From Sporocytophaga sp. (lineage in GTDB: Bacteria > Bacteroidota > Bacteroidia > Cytophagales > Cytophagaceae), in assembly GCA_024707265.1 (NCBI GenBank), contig JANQAB010000002.1, forward strand, positions 244,188-268,187: a stretch of DNA of 24,000 nt. The letters run 5' to 3'. The notes below the pieces were generated by a model. The model was not told the DNA's origin, did no database searches, and saw only the letters and a list, made by a program, of their open reading frames with translations. Position 1 is the first letter of the stretch. The number at the start of each line of letters is the position of its first letter. The translations under genes were made by a program, and so were the position numbers. Below are positions 22,363 to 24,000 of this stretch, in pieces.

Positions 22363-24000
22363 TTAAAGTTCAATTTTCATTACAAGCTGATGCTCGTCCA
22401 TATCAACAAGCTTGCCATCTTTCAGATTTTCCGTAAGCACAAGTGATAATGCCTGAGTCTCACTGCAGATATATTCTTTATTTGCAAGTAAGGCATTATC
22501 TATCAACTCATCTTTTTTCTGAATGGTGATTTTGATTTTGTCCTGAACCTCGAGTCCCATGTCCTTTCTCATGTTCTGTACTCTGTTCACGACATCTCTT
22601 GCAATACCTTCTTTCTTCAGCTCTTCTGTAATGGTAATGTCAAGGGCAACGGTAACACCATTTTCACTTGCCACTGACCATCCCGGAATATCTTCAGAAG
22701 AAATATCAACATCTTCCAGTGTTATCTGAACGATGTCTCCTGTAAGTTTTATTTTGAAAGCATTTTCTTTCTCCAGTTTCTGAATATCATCCTGAGTCAT
22801 TGCAGTTATCGCAGCTCCCACTTCTTTTAATCTCGGCCCATATTCTTTCCCCAGTTTCTTGAAGTTAGGCTTGATTTTCTTCACTACAACACCTGAAGTA
22901 TCTTCGATGTATTCGATCTTCTTGATGTTAACCTCAGAAAGGATCAGGTCTTCAACGGCAACTATCCTGTTTTTGTATTCCTGATTCAATACCGGGATCA
23001 ATAACCTTGAAAGTGGCTGTCTTACTTTTATGGTATGACCTTTTCTTAAAGAGTGCACAAGAGATGAAATTCTCTGTGCCAATGACATTCTTTCTTCAAG
23101 ATCTAAATCAATCTGCTTGTCATCTGCAACAGGGAATTGGCTTAAATGGATACTTGCAACTTTTTCTTTTCCACTTACTTCATTCAGATCAAGGAATATT
23201 TTCTCTGAATAGAACGGTGCTATAGATGCAGATAGTTTTGCAATTGTCAAAAGACAAGTATAAAGTGTCTGATACGCAGCAATCTTATCTTCATTGTATT
23301 CGCCTTTCCAGAAACGTTTTCTGTTAAGACGAACGTACCAGTTACTCAGATCATCAACCACAAAGTCCTGGATCTCTCGGCCTGCTTTTGTTGGCTCATA
23401 TTCAGCATAGGCTTCATCCACTTTCTTAATAAGGGTATTAAGCCTTGAAATGACCCATCTGTCGCTTTCTGTTCTCTTATTCAGAGGAACTTCAGCTTCT
23501 TTAAAGGTAAAGTTGTCCAGATTTGAATACAGTGCAAAGAAGGAATACGTGTTTTGAAGTGTTCCGAAGAATCTTCTCTGAACTTCAGTTACCCCGTCAA
23601 TATTGAATTTCAGGTTGTCCCAAGGTGGTGCGTTAACGATCATATACCATCTGGTAGCGTCTGGTCCGAACTGACCGATGGTCTCAAATGGGTTGATAAC
23701 GTTACCAACTCTTTTAGACATCTTTGCACCGTTTTTGTCCAACACAAGGCCATTGGCTATTACATTTTTAAATGCAACGGAGTCTTTCAACATCACTGCT
23801 ATTGCGTGAAGTGTAAAGAACCATCCTCTTGTCTGGTCAACCCCTTCAGCGATAAAGTCTGCAGGAAAGTTATTGTCAAATACATCCTTATTTTCAAACG
23901 GATAATGCCACTGTGCATAAGGCATAGCTCCGGAATCAAACCAAACGTCGATCAGGTCAGTCTCACGGATCATCGGTTTGCCCGATTCACTTATCAGTAC
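22363..24000 (-). CDS. ileS: Isoleucine--tRNA ligase, C-terminal part; the gene continues beyond the window edge
   Basis: The frame is open to position 24000 (VLISESGKPMIRETDLIDVWFDSG...). It carries the class-I KMSKS motif as KMSKRVGN, and the long C-terminal anticodon-binding and extension region is typical of type-2 IleRS in Bacteroidota. Confidence 0.95.
   Translation of the reverse strand, partial: VLISESGKPMIRETDLIDVWFDSGAMPYAQWHYPFENKDVFDNNFPADFIAEGVDQTRGWFFTLHAIAVMLKDSVAFKNVIANGLVLDKNGAKMSKRVGNVINPFETIGQFGPDATRWYMIVNAPPWDNLKFNIDGVTEVQRRFFGTLQNTYSFFALYSNLDNFTFKEAEVPLNKRTESDRWVISRLNTLIKKVDEAYAEYEPTKAGREIQDFVVDDLSNWYVRLNRKRFWKGEYNEDKIAAYQTLYTCLLTIAKLSASIAPFYSEKIFLDLNEVSGKEKVASIHLSQFPVADDKQIDLDLEERMSLAQRISSLVHSLRKGHTIKVRQPLSRLLIPVLNQEYKNRIVAVEDLILSEVNIKKIEYIEDTSGVVVKKIKPNFKKLGKEYGPRLKEVGAAITAMTQDDIQKLEKENAFKIKLTGDIVQITLEDVDISSEDIPGWSVASENGVTVALDITITEELKKEGIARDVVNRVQNMRKDMGLEVQDKIKITIQKKDELIDNALLANKEYICSETQALSLVLTENLKDGKLVDMDEHQLVMKIEL

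Noticed and set aside
1259-23225. Many 60-120-aa ORFs in the track lying inside or antisense to larger genes (e.g. 1259-1498, 1939-2172, 2854-3102, 3250-3555, 3296-3493, 6881-7066, 7893-8075, 8215-8439, 8523-8786, 10521-10706, 11050-11421, 13233-13451, 14411-14671, 15383-15610, 16149-16331, 17375-17563, 18027-18245, 18706-18888, 19061-19255, 19825-20010, 20387-20644, 21848-22102, 23007-23225)
   Set aside because: Each is fully or largely nested in a longer ORF that has clear family motifs. None shows a recognisable motif of its own, so I treat them as chance ORFs.
1-24000. tRNA, rRNA, riboswitch or other structured RNA genes
   Set aside because: I recognised no tRNA T-arm or acceptor signatures, no rRNA-like conserved blocks and no known riboswitch cores on either strand. 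Covariance-model scanning (tRNAscan-SE, Infernal) would be needed to exclude small RNAs.

Overview
The window looks like a chromosomal segment from a Bacteroidota genome of Cytophagia/Flavobacteriia type. The evidence is a T9SS type-B (CHU_C) cargo gene followed by a PorP/SprF gene, and a type-2 ileS-lspA pair. Left to right: (1) 1-2362, a translationally coupled plus-strand operon cut by the window edge. It holds the HTH-like tail of an upstream gene, a 206-aa ORF and a cytoplasmic-looking S8 subtilase with an intact D/H/S triad. It resembles ATPase+S8 (IetAS-type) defence pairs, and the 206-aa ORF and the subtilase may be one gene split at a T5 run. (2) 2430-6129, an IS junction. A complete IS21-family element (istA/istB, multi-copy terminal repeats, putative 5-bp ATAAT duplication) sits inside a truncated IS4-family transposase remnant. 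(3) 6527-12364, an orphan stand-alone acyltransferase (GYSLGE), a roughly 1200-aa T9SS type-B cargo split by a 1-nt frameshift in a T7 run, and its PorP/SprF partner. (4) 12625-16652, housekeeping membrane genes: a CPA2-type antiporter, a DUF2809-like protein and a MATE exporter. (5) 16819-21519, a more AT-rich minus-strand accessory cluster: an HExxH membrane protease-TPR fusion, a NucS/DUF91-like PD-(D/E)xK protein, a 72-aa remnant of a primase/helicase-type gene with odd repeats, an AlbA_2/HATPase_c_4/HTH protein, and a small unknown gene followed by a 19-bp perfect hairpin. (6) lspA and the 3' part of ileS. I found no tRNA, rRNA or CRISPR array. The two best candidates for an under-described system are the S8 operon at the left edge and the nuclease/ATPase cluster at 18.1-21.5 kb. 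All family assignments come from motif recognition by eye, not from database searches.
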